Assembly: GCF_006345805.1 (NCBI RefSeq)
Contig: NC_043002.1
Coordinates: 95,976,001 to 96,040,000 of the forward strand
Source of the DNA: Octopus sinensis
Taxonomy: Eukaryota
DNA: 64,000 bases
Reading direction: 5' to 3'
Notes under the pieces: model-generated
Database searches by the model: none
Seen by the model: only the letters and a program-made list of their open reading frames with translations
What the model was told of the DNA's origin: nothing
Shown here: positions 41,901 through 51,875 of the stretch, piece after piece
How the letters are laid out: every line of letters begins with the position of its first letter
Numbering within the stretch: position 1 is the first letter of the stretch
Position numbers and translations under genes: made by a program

Positions 41901-44900
41901 TTGGGAAGCAAACTTCTTAACCACGTAGCTATGGTTCATTATTAGAAAAATATATTCAATAAGTAGTAAAGTGCTTTAAAAAGTCAGTCAACAATGGATA
42001 AATGCTGGAGGTTTAGTTTACTTTCACTAATTTAAAATAATTAAGAACAAACCTTCTCTTTATGGACTGTGGGGAGAAGAAAAGGAGGTCCTCCAATATC
42101 AGCAAGACAGGGATTTCCGCATATACCTGGAATGTTAAAACAGAAACTATCTGAAATCATGGTTTAAATTGAAGTGTACACTCACATTTTTCAAGAAAGG
42201 AGCTAAAAACGAAAGCTATGGATCCTTAAGCAGAAATTTAATTTACTGAACATTTTCTTTAATCATTTTAAAATATTCACAGAGTTTATCAACTCCAAAA
42301 AGAAAATAAAAGTATTTTCCTTCTTAATTAATACATAAGCATATTCTTTTGCTAATATAAGGATGTCAAGAAGAGAAGGATAAAAGAGAAGACAAGAGAT
42401 AGGTGGGAGGGGAGAAAAGTAGACAATGTATGACAATGAAGATTTTGGTGACCTTTTTTTAAAGGCTTTGTCAGAGGAAGATGTCTAGAGCCTATGACCA
42501 TTATCAAGGTCATAATGACTACTAGTAAGAAGATACCCTCAGACTAGAGATCTGACCCTAAATGCTTGCAAGTGAATGGACTGCTAATGAATTAAGTCTA
42601 CTACCTGGATAGAGGATGAGGAAGAGTAGAGAAGAAAAAAGAAGTGCTGTAGTGATAGTGTTTGTTGTTGTGATGTTCATGAACAAGGAGTGAAAGTTAA
42701 ATAGAATAAATAAATATGGTTTACCTTCAGCAGCCAATTGAAATGGTTTCTCTCTCAAATCAGGGCAGTCAACAATGTTGACAGACACATCATGAAAATA
42801 CTTTAATAATCCCTTAGACAAAACTGAAATAAAGGTTTGAAAATATTCAATAATCAGCTTGCAATACACAAATATAAATTATATAATAAACTTTTTATTT
42901 CTTTTAGATTCTTTAGTTAGGGTTTCATCATTACTGTCATCATCATCGTTTAACGTCCACTTTCCATGCTGGCATGGGTTGGACAGTTTGACTGAGGACT
43001 GGCGAGCTAGAAGGCTGCACCAAGCTCCAATCTGATCTGACAAAGTTTCTACAGCTGGATGCCCTTCTTAACGCCAACCACTCCAAGAGTGTAGTGGGTG
43101 CTTCTATGTGCCACTGGCACAAGGGCCAGCTGGACAGTTCTAGCAACAACCACACTCAAAAGGAGTTTTTTACATGCTACCTGCATGGGAGCCAGTTTGG
43201 CGGCACTGGCAATGACCACCCTCGAATGTTGTTTTTCACATGTCACCTGCACATGTGCCAGTATAGCAGCACTGGCAACGATCATGCTCGAATGGTGCTT
43301 TTTACATGCCACCGGCATGGGGGCCAATTAGTGGCCCAGGCAGTGATCATGCTTGGATGGTACTTTTAACATTCCACTAGCATGAGTGCCAATCAGGTGG
43401 TACTGTCATCAGCCACATCAGTAATTTTGATTTTGATTTTACTTGCCTCAACAGGTCTTCACAAGCAAAGTTTATTGCCCAATGAATAAGGGGTACTTAT
43501 AAGTGGACTGGTTACATTCACTAGTATAGGTCGTGGATTATGGTCTCACTTGGCTTGTCAGGTCTTCTCAAGCACAGCATATCTCCAAAGGTCTCAGTCA
43601 CTAGTCATTGCCTCAGTAAGGCCAATGTTCGAAGGTCATGCTTCACTACCTTATCCCAGATGTTCTTGGGTCTACCTCTTCCACAGATTCCTTCAACTGC
43701 TAGGGTGTGGCACTTTTTCACACAGCTATCCTCATCCATTCTTGCCTCATGACCATATCAACGCAATCGTCTCTCTTGCACACCACATCTGATGCTTCTT
43801 AAATCCAACTTTTCTCTCAAAGTGCTTACACTCTGTTGAGTATGTACACTGACATTACACATCCAGCACAGCATACTGGCTTCATTCCTTGCAAGCTTAT
43901 GCATGTCCTCAGCAGTCACGGACCATGTTTCACTGCCATGTAGCATGGCTGTTCATACACATACGTCATACAGTCTACCTTTCACTCTGAGCGAGAGGCC
44001 CTTTTGTCACCAGCAGAGGTAGAAGCTCCCTGAACTTTGCCCAGGATATTCTTATTCTAGCAGCTACACTTTCAGAGCATCCACCCCCGCTACTAACTTG
44101 GTCCCCTAGGTAATGGAAGCTATCAACTACTTGTAGTTTTTCTCCCTGGAAAGTGACAGAAGCTGTTCTCTGCACATTTTCAGTGTTTATAGCACCTGAG
44201 CATTTACCACATACAAAAACTATCTTCCTAGTTAGCCTTCCTTTGATATTGCTGCACCTCTTATGTGTCCATAGCTTACACTGGGTACATCTTATGGAGT
44301 TTCTACCTACGCCTTTTCTACAGATCAAGCAGGGCCATCTACTTGAAGGGATTTGTGGTTTGTCTGCCTTCCTACTTATTAAGACTTTGGTTCTAGCTAG
44401 GTTGACTCTAAGGCTCTTCAATTCTAATCCTTGCTTCCACACCTGAAAATTTTCCTCTAGTTCTGATAGTGACTCAGCTATTAGAGCAAGGTCATCAGCA
44501 TAGAGGAGCTCTCTGGGGCATCCTGTCTTGAATATTTATATTCAAATATTCAAGTAAGAACACGCAAACACACACACATACAAACTGACCTTTAATAGAT
44601 CCCTAAATGCTAGTTAATTAAACCTATAAAACCTGATTAAAGAAAGTTAGCAAGTAAATTCATGAGATAATTATCCTAAGAATAGAACATACAAAATTCC
44701 ACCTATTATGAAAGAACAGTATGGAATTATTAGAAATAATTATAGAGTCCACAGCAAGTAGTACTCTAAGTTTACAATTTGACATTGCTGATCTTTAGTC
44801 TTAAGACGAAGCTCATTTGAGTGAAATAATAAGAATTTATATTCAAGACCTTTTGCATAACAAACTTCCTACAGTAAGAGGAAGAATTTATAGTAGGCAT

Positions 44901-47900
44901 GAACTAGATCTAATAGAATTATTTAGTAAAAATACATATTACAGTTGATATTAACCTTACTGTAGTTAATGGTTTTTTACAACATTACTTTCAATTTAGA
45001 GAGAAACAAATATAGCCTTTACCATAGCCTAATGAAAAATTATTCTATTATAAGTGCAGGAGCGGCTGTGTGGTAAGAAGCTTGCTTCCCAACTATATGG
45101 TTCAGTCCTACCATGTGGCATCTTGGGCAAGTGTCTTCTACTATAGCCTTGGGCCAACCTTATGAGTGGATTTGGTAGGCAAAAACTAAAAGAAGCCTGC
45201 CGCATATATATGTATATATATCTAGGTTTGTCACCCCCATCACCACTTGACAACCGATGCTGGTGTGTTTACATCCCCGTAACTTAGCGGCTCAGCAAAA
45301 GAGACCAGCAGAATAAGTGCCAGATGTCAATTCATTCAACTAAAAATTCAAGGTGGTACCCCAGCGTGGCTACAGTCTAATCACTGAAAAAGATAGAAGA
45401 TAAAAGTTCCAACTGCCCCCCACCAAAATTTTAATTCCTAACATTACTAAGCATATATTATCACTAACTTTCATATAAAACCATATTTTATCAGTACTTT
45501 TCATTATTATAATTCAGAAGGTGATGAGCTGGCAGAATCGTTAGCGCGCCAGGTAAAATGCTTAGTGGCATTTCATTCATCTTTATGTTCCGAGTTCAAA
45601 TTCCACCAAGGTCGACTTTGCCTTTCATCCTCTGTATTAGCTTTGGTTAGCTGGCAGAAAGGCGGCGAGCTGGCAGAAACGTTAGCACGCCGGGCGAGAT
45701 GCTTTGTGGTATTTCGTCCGCCGCTGCGTTCTGAGTTCAAATTCCACCGAAGTCGACTTTGCCTTTCATCTTTTCGGGGTCGATAAATTAAGTACCAGTT
45801 ACGCACTAGGGTCGATGTAATCGACTTAATACCTATGTCTGTCCTTGTTTGTCTCCTCTGTGTTTAGCCCCTTGTGGGTAGTAAAGAAATAGGTTGTACA
45901 TACACAAAAATTGGAACAATACAGAGAAGATTAGCATGGCCCCTGCACAAGGACAACATGCAAATTCGTGAAGTGCTCCATATTAAGAAAGGTGGCAAGG
46001 TGGCAGAATCATAAGCACGCCAGGCAAAATGTTTAGTGGCATTTCATCCATTCTAATCCCACCAGGGTTGACTTTGCCTTTCATCCTATCGCGGTCAATA
46101 AATTAAGTACCAGTTGTGTACTGGAGTCAATCTAATCGACTGGCCCCCTCCCCCAAATTTCAGGCTTTGTGCCTTTAATAGAAAAGATTATTACAATTCA
46201 GTTTAAGGCAATGGATAGGTAGAATCAGATTAAATCTCCCATGGTATTTTATTAGGGACCTTTACATTCTGAGTTCAAATCTCACTGAATTCAATGTTTT
46301 CTTTTATCCTTCCAGGGTAAGTAAAGTTCTTATGAATATAATCAACTAAGCCCTCCTGCAAATTTATTGATAGGTGCCTATGTTAGAAATTATTACAATG
46401 CAGCTATTTGGAGCAGTTGATTCTCAGAGAAAATCCAATATCAACTTACATCTAAGGTTACAAAGCTGAAAAATAGTTAACAGAACATTACATGGAACAA
46501 TCTTGTGGAGAGTGTGTGAGAACAAATAGCATAATTCTAAAGTCCACTTTTCCATGCTTGTATGGGTCAGACATTGCTTAGTGAGCTAGATTTTCTACAG
46601 CCCAATACCCTGCTGCTAACCCTAGTATGTTTCCAAGCAGGGTAATATTTTCCCTTGGCCATTTCATCTGCTGCTACGTTCTGAGTTCAAATTCCACCGA
46701 GATTGACTTTGCTTTTCATCCTTTGAAGGTCAATTAAATACACACTTTATCCATCGCTACAGGTTTATAGCTTTATGTTTATAGAGTGTATGTGTGTGCA
46801 TATACACACACATACATATATACATACATACATACATACATGCATACACAGGCGTATGTGCGTACATGCATACGTACATACATACACACATGTATGCATA
46901 CATACACACATACATACGTACATATATATGACGAACTAACTGTTACTTTCTCAGATGCAGCACGGATTTTTGTCAGTGAACAGGTCGCGGATTTTAGCGA
47001 CGAAAATATTTTGACAAATTAAACTTAAATGTTGAAGTGAATCGAACGACTTTTGTGTGTTTCTTAAATGGCTTATAAACACCTTCCACGCTGCAATTGT
47101 TTTCGTTTCAGCACACGATCTCAGATCAAATTACTTGCTATGCGAGTACATCTCCCCAATAAATAGACACTAGGGTTGATGTAATCAACTTACTCTTCTC
47201 CCCTCAAGTTGCCATTGTGACAAAAATTTGAAATCATTATTAAAGGCAGTGAGCTGGTAGAAACATTATGACACTGGGTGAAATGTTAAGCAGTATTTTG
47301 TCTGTCTTTACATTCTGAGTTCAAATTCTGCCATGGGCAACCTTGCCTTTCATCCTTTTGGGGTTGATAAATTAAGTACCAGTTGTGTACTGGGGTTGAT
47401 CTAATCACCTGAACCCCTCCCCAAAAATTTCGGGCCTTGTGCCTAGAGTCGAAAAGAATATTTTCCCTTGGCCAAACATGTTTTCACAAAATATTCAAAA
47501 TGAATACAAAGCTACGCAGTGGGGAAGAACCTGAAACCATGTGATTGGGAAGCGAACTTATTTATCACAAAATCTTTAATGAAACTTTGGGGCTAGCCAT
47601 GCAGCAGATAAAGACTTGTCTAGTTCCACTGGAAATTACGATACTAAATATTTTTCTAATAAACTAATTCATATTCTACATCTGCTTGTAATTGTATCAA
47701 TCTTAATTACTCACTTGATAATAAATGTTTGCTAAAGTCATTTAGTGCACTGAGCTAAATGACTGTTCTTCATGCTGGCATGGGCTGGATGGCTTGACCA
47801 GAACTGGCAAGGCCAGGGGCTACATCAGGTTCCATAGTCTGTTTTGGCCTGGTTTCTATGGTTGATGCCCTTTCTAATGCCAACCACTTTACAGAATATA

Positions 47901-50900
47901 CTGGGTGCTTTTTACATGGCACCATCACCAGGGCTTTTTACATGGCACCAGCACCAGAGCTTTTCATGGGGCACCAACACCCACACCAATGTTTTTTTAC
48001 ATGGCACCTTGGATTTAGGATCCCACTTCTTTTGTGGAGGGGATTTTCTGAGAGAAATTAAATAGCATATCTTTCACAGGAGATAACTATTGAAGGACTT
48101 TGTTACAACTAAGTTTACTGCTGAAGACAACAAAGACTGAGTGTACTCAGTTGTTTTTCATTTTGTTTTAGTTTTTTTTTTTTTTTTGTCTATGTAATAT
48201 AAAACAGTATACACTTGGTGGCGGGATTAAATAAATTCGAAATGTATTTTTTATAATATGATGAAAAGATAGAGAAATGTATGCACAGTAAGTAATATTT
48301 CCCTTGGTTAAAATTAAAACTGTAACTTGTAAGGGATATATTTTCTCAAGATAAGTGTTGGATCTTTTCGGTTTGAACGCCAGTTTTTTCTAGCGGTGTC
48401 ATATGAAATTTTCACCCATAATTATGACCCTAGTATCGATCTATTGCATTTCAATCTCTTTTAGGGTTAGGGTTAGTTAGGTTTGGTTAGGGTTAGGGGT
48501 GAGGGGAAGGGTATCTTTTTTTCTTCACAAATGTAAATAAACCCAATCTGCTTCTTAAACGAGGGAATGGCACAGAATGTTTTTTACCTCAATAGACGTC
48601 AGTGATTGGTTGAAATTGCAGAAATTGAAGAAAAAAAACAACAAATATCTTACAAACTATAGAATTTTCTGAATAAAGCCAAGAGAAAAAGATGTTTTAT
48701 AAACACATTCTACCGGTATACGAAGTTTAACATTTTTTAGTTACCTAGAAATTGTTAAAAACTGCCGTTCAAACCGAAAAGATCCTAAGTGTTTTGTATA
48801 TATTTTTAGTAGAGGAGGTGAAGGGACAAAAATGTAAGTTTTAAAAAGTTTTCTTCTGTACAACTGGAATCTCTAATTTTCAAACTTTAGAAATCTGAAG
48901 ATTAATGTGGAAAAAAATAAAAAGTTAGAGGGGGACGTGAAGCATTTATTCGTTTCGGTAGTTTAAGAAAAGCCCAATTTAAATTTTTATATTCCCCGTT
49001 ATTGTTTGTCTCAATTTTAATTACACTGCTTTCATCTGCTGAAACCATTACGTTTGTCTTGTATGATATCTTGTTTATATTTCATGTTGTAGGGAGGCAG
49101 TGTGAGAGAGAGAGAGAGACTACAAGCCACCGTACTAGAATACTACTTGCATTCTTTTTAAAGTTTGTCAGTTTGTCTTTCGTCAAGCAGATCAAGTCTC
49201 AGGCATGTGCGCGGTTTAGATCCACTTGATTTAATCTACAGATAAAACTTTAACTACTTCAGATATCTTGTACTCTTCTTTATGTAGTACAATCAGTTTA
49301 TTTTTTTAAGTTTTGTTTTGTCTTTTACTTGCTCCAATTCATTTGATTTTAACAATGACGACCCCGCTGTTTTTTTTTAACATGTATTTTAGTACTGGAG
49401 CAGACGATAATGCACTCGTGTACAACTTATTTTAATGTTATTGTTTGGCTCCTGGTCATCACTGATAGAGCAAATCTATTATTAAAGGACTTCCATCCAT
49501 GACCGTCTTGGGTTTTTTTTTCTTTTTTCTAGCAATTATACTATCCGATCAGTCTTTATCTACAACAATAAGATGTGATTTTGAGGGAGATTGGGCCACT
49601 ATTTCAACTACTTAACACAAGGAAAGTTACTTCAATATGACAAAACTAATAACACGTTTAGTTGACATTTTTTGCTCCTTACCAAAAACATATCACTCTT
49701 TCTACATTTAAAACTGTAAAACTGTATTTATTTTCTCATGAGAAGTTACGATTCAAAGAGGGAGCGCTTGTGTATTCCTTCTTCCTTCTTGAAGCTATGC
49801 CTGGCTCATAAGGGCCGGTTTCCCGGTTTCTTGGCGTATAGGTTCCCTACATGGACGGGACGCCGGTCCATCGCAGGTGAACTGCAAGATGCAGGAGGAG
49901 AGAGTGAGAGAAAGTTGTGGCGAAAGAGTCAGCAGAAGTTTCGCCATTACCTTCTGCCGGAGCCGCATGGAGCTTAGGTGTTTCGCTCATAAACACACAC
50001 ATTGCCCGGTCTGAGATTCGAACCTACGATCCCTCTACCGCGTGTCCGCTGCTCTAACCACAAGGCCATGTGCCTCCACCGCTTGTGTATTCGTTCGCGC
50101 TGCGATAGCAGCCAAATTTTCCTCAAACACCACCCTACTGTCTAAAGGGAAAGGAAGGATATTTTCGTTAACACAGCCGAAGATGCCCTTCACCTTGGGT
50201 CTGCTCACAGAACCGAGTGAAAGAAACTGACTTGAGTTGTTTGGACTATTATAAAAATCTGATATCAGTCACGTGAATAATTAGCATTAATTTTTAAAAA
50301 TCTCGATAAAAAATACTTATAAAAAAACAAAAAAACCGGTAACATTGGAAATTCTGTCGCGTTTTGTGTAAATATTAAACAATAACAATAGCTTGTAAGG
50401 CGATCTTCGCTTGTAAAACTAAAGTAATGCTAAGAATGGTTTGATACTTAAAATGTGTATCATATCAACATTTAAATATTAACTACTTTCAGACAACTAC
50501 CTAGTGTTGTTTATCTACCCGAGGTCAAACTCTGATAAAAGGAATTCAAGCTGTGACCGTCCCATCTTTGTAGGGGTAGCTAAGACTACAATATACCATT
50601 TCTTCTTATATAAGACGGTATAGTGTGGTTCTAGACAAATTTAGTTCTTATTTCTAGTGAATTCATTTACCGGTAACATCTTCGTAAACTGTTATGTAAT
50701 TAACAGGCATCGTAACTATATTTTCGGCGATCTAACCGAATAAGTTGGAATAATTCAGTATTTGATATTCTTCAATGAGCGTAAATATTTTGATAATCAA
50801 CAAAATGCAGAATAACCTGGAATTAAAAAATTAATTAATAAATTTACCTGAAACTAACTCAGCCTCGTCGGGTACTTTTAACGGTAATTTTATGGATGGA

Positions 50901-50923
50901 GGATCTGACAATTCCTCTGCCAT
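26319..50923 (-). CDS. C11orf54: C11orf54/PTD012 (DUF1907) zinc-binding ester-hydrolase-family homolog; complete, 9 coding exons, 314 aa
   Basis: Exons 50923-50848, 42823-42725, 42126-42053, 37661-37560, 36248-36180, 34631-34545, 31984-31835, 30460-30347, 26492-26319 sum to 945 nt in one frame with GT-AG introns. Motifs VDCPDL, GICG, IGAGAGP, ANL..CEG, WLRFYE..APLVCL and EHFHCFS.HG.GGHYHYD match human C11orf54. Confidence 0.96.
26653..27042 (-). mobile_element. non-autonomous Helitron, about 390 bp
   Basis: Minus strand A|TCTTTATATATAAAAG...cccgagcaacgccgga(hairpin)...CTAG|T: TC start, CTAG end, A-T target, no TSD. Confidence 0.85.
27454..27675. mobile_element. piggyBac-type MITE
   Basis: TTAA|CCCTTTCGTTAC ... 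GTAACGAAAGGG|TTAA. Confidence 0.88.
28399..28910 (-). mobile_element. RTE 3'-UTR fragment with internal about 60-bp repeats; similar pieces about 16830-17000, 30593-30710, 41326-41755, 47770-48010
   Basis: (cat)n-cgtt(t)aacgtccgctttccatgc...ggatgcccttcctaatgccaacc, same as the 3' end of the RTE at 42936. Confidence 0.8.
30347..30460 (-). CDS. C11orf54: C11orf54 exon 8 PDFSCKPINNVTELDNWLRFYEANAPLVCLGVLISHDP
   Basis: ccaacag|...cct|gtaagt. Confidence 0.95.
31835..31984 (-). CDS. C11orf54: C11orf54 exon 7 VIEVKASKRIGDDNF...GKAKLHIM
   Basis: ttttag|...atg|gtaagc; in ORF 31793..31975 frame. Confidence 0.95.
32218..32603. mobile_element. GGATC-terminated MITE, copy 1 (left TIR partly deleted)
   Basis: 8-bp TSD atctatgc (32210-32217 / 32604-32611); body near-identical to copies at 48360 and 53830. 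Confidence 0.88.
33120..33900 (-). mobile_element. highly decayed RTE-like LINE fragment
   Basis: GRGRPKE-like C-terminal motif about 33195-33215 on minus. Confidence 0.45.
34545..34631 (-). CDS. C11orf54: C11orf54 exon 6 NGCFNLKQIEHPSFMLMANLLCCEGKRGK
   Basis: ttttag|...aag|gtaata; ANL..EG..GK. Confidence 0.92.
36180..36248 (-). CDS. C11orf54: C11orf54 exon 5 MMCNVNLNKPDGCQTYIAKVDPE
   Basis: ttgtag|...gag|gtaaga; phase 0-0, in frame. Confidence 0.88.
37560..37661 (-). CDS. C11orf54: C11orf54 exon 4 IYNIKTIAEISGQQDGFFIGAGAGPAHLVGVNSE
   Basis: ttacag|...gag|gtaagt; GAGAGP motif. Confidence 0.95.
38564..38735. repeat. long inverted repeat, 83-bp arms, 6-nt loop
   Basis: 38564-38646 is the reverse complement of 38653-38735 with 2 mismatches; flanked by (TA)n. 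Confidence 0.92.
39016..39111 (+). ncRNA. hammerhead-like core inside a perfect 38-bp-arm hairpin (probable Penelope pLTR remnant 38948-39111)
   Basis: CTGATGA (39051) t-ttca-tt-tgaa-t GAAAC (39070) agttc; arms 39016-39053 / 39074-39111. Confidence 0.55.
39138..39354. mobile_element. Tc1/mariner-pogo-type MITE
   Basis: cagtaatccctc ... gagggattact(c)tg inverted termini. Confidence 0.6.
40996..41296 (-). mobile_element. tRNA-derived SINE family B; related copy 49785-50079(-)
   Basis: gtggaggcgcaatggcccagtggctagg...gtttcgattccc A/B boxes; head shared with 49950-50079. Confidence 0.8.
42053..42126 (-). CDS. C11orf54: C11orf54 exon 3 GICGNPCLADIGGPPFLLPTVHKEK
   Basis: ttccag|...aag|gtttg; GICG..GG.P.LLP. 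Confidence 0.93.
42725..42823 (-). CDS. C11orf54: C11orf54 exon 2 VLSKGLLKYFHDVSVNIVDCPDLREKPFQLAAEG
   Basis: atttcag|...gaag|gtaa; in ORF 42558..42869. Confidence 0.95.
42936..44533 (-). mobile_element. 5'-truncated RTE-clade LINE (RT C-terminus, Cys/His finger, 3' UTR, (GAT)n tail)
   Basis: ELLYADDL, ORFs 43975..44442 and 43758..43946 (LHGSETW, RRLR); frameshifted. Confidence 0.92.
45661..45893 (+). mobile_element. tRNA-derived SINE family C; other copies about 11678-11880, 22035-22205, 31500-31720(-), 40100-40500, 45520-45630, 45990-46190, 47244-47460, 55112-55326(-)
   Basis: ggcggcgagctggcagaaacgttagc...gagttcaaattcc (B box) ...gcctttcatcctttcggggtcgataaattaagtaccag conserved core. Confidence 0.85.
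45898..45984 (+). pseudogene. U6: 5'-truncated U6 snRNA pseudogene
   Basis: aaaattggaac(a)atACAGAGAagattagcatggcccctgc(a)caagga..aca(t)gcaaattcgtgaag..ccatatt; lacks the 5' stem-loop and the full T terminator; several CpG-decay substitutions. Confidence 0.92.
48360..48785. mobile_element. GGATC-terminated MITE, copy 2 (426 bp) with TTAGGG repeats
   Basis: TIR GGATCTTTTCGGTTTGAACG(C/G)CAGTTTTT; 8-bp TSD taagtgtt (48352-48359 / 48786-48793). Confidence 0.93.
50848..50923 (-). CDS. C11orf54: C11orf54 exon 1 MAEELSDPPSIKLPLKVPDEAELVS
   Basis: ACCATGG Kozak context; tcag|gtaaat donor; VP...EL matches human VPSLEEL. Confidence 0.88.
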
Positions 50924-51147
50924 GGTTTTAGTATGTTATTGCCTTGTTGTCCTGAAGATACTGATAATTGATAATAATATTATTTGTCACATACTCAAAA
51001 GAAAGATATTCTAGAGATAAAGACAACGTGACATTTCCTAACTTCTATGAATTCCCGGATGTTGGCCTGCAAATAAAAAATAAATACATGAACATTTCTG
51101 CTATTGTTCAAAATTTTTATTTTCTTTTTCTCTTTTTTTTTTTTGGG

Positions 51148-51548
51148 GCGATTTTTCGTCTCTAGTAGATCTTTCCGTCGATTTGCGTAAAAATTTTTTT
51201 TTTACATATGGGCTTGCGGGAACTTTTGAAGTAACATACATACATATACACATACACCGAGTAAAAAATTTCAGTTATCTCTTTCTTTCACACATTACTC
51301 TGTCTCTTCACACATACTAACAGAAGCACTTCACTTACACAACATACTGTCTGTCTCCCACACCCCCATCAAACACACACACATGTACATCATGCACGGT
51401 AACTTCAAAAGAACTTCCCTCGTCATACAATCGCTTTCTCTTAGTCTCTTTCGCTCTCATTACTTCAAAAGTTCCCGCAAGCCCATATGTAAAAAAAAAA
51501 TTTTTTTACGGAAATCGACGGAAAGGTCTACTAGAGACGAAAGATTGC
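51148..51548. mobile_element. MITE-like element with about 87-bp inverted arms
   Basis: 51148-51234 is the imperfect reverse complement of 51460-51548. Confidence 0.75.
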
Positions 51549-51875
51549 TTTTTTGTTGTTTTTTTTGTACGTGTCCCTAATTACATATAAGTTAATAAAC
51601 AATGTTTTATTGAAATTAAAAAGAATGGAATAAAATTCTGATTGTAAAGTGAATGTAATCTTAATCGCAGTCCTCAAACAAATATTATGTGGGCCATATG
51701 TTGTTACTGCAGCTGCATTCCTTTGTGCTTATAGCTATTAAAAGTTGCAGGCAAAGAAACAACTGTTCAAACCACCTCGTCTGTTGCTTCGGCGTGTCGT
51801 TTTTAGATTTTATCAAATGTTGCATAACGAGGTTGTATGACCCTGATCTTGAATGTTATGCGTTGGAACACTGTG

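Noticed and set aside
43090-43410. Regularly spaced repeats resembling a CRISPR array
   Set aside because: Degenerate tandem units without unique spacers, inside an RTE 3' UTR of a eukaryote, with no cas genes
44795-44835. Hammerhead-like agacgaagctcatttgagtgaaa
   Set aside because: CUGANGA core is broken; at most a decayed remnant
45898-45984. Functional U6 snRNA gene
   Set aside because: 5' stem-loop missing, substitutions in conserved positions, truncated terminator, and a SINE where the upstream promoter should be
48461-48507. Telomere or chromosome-fusion scar
   Set aside because: Short tract internal to a TSD-flanked MITE present in three copies
49990-50079. tRNA gene (also 41220-41296 and 1-61)
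   Set aside because: A/B boxes present but no clean acceptor stem; continues into SINE body
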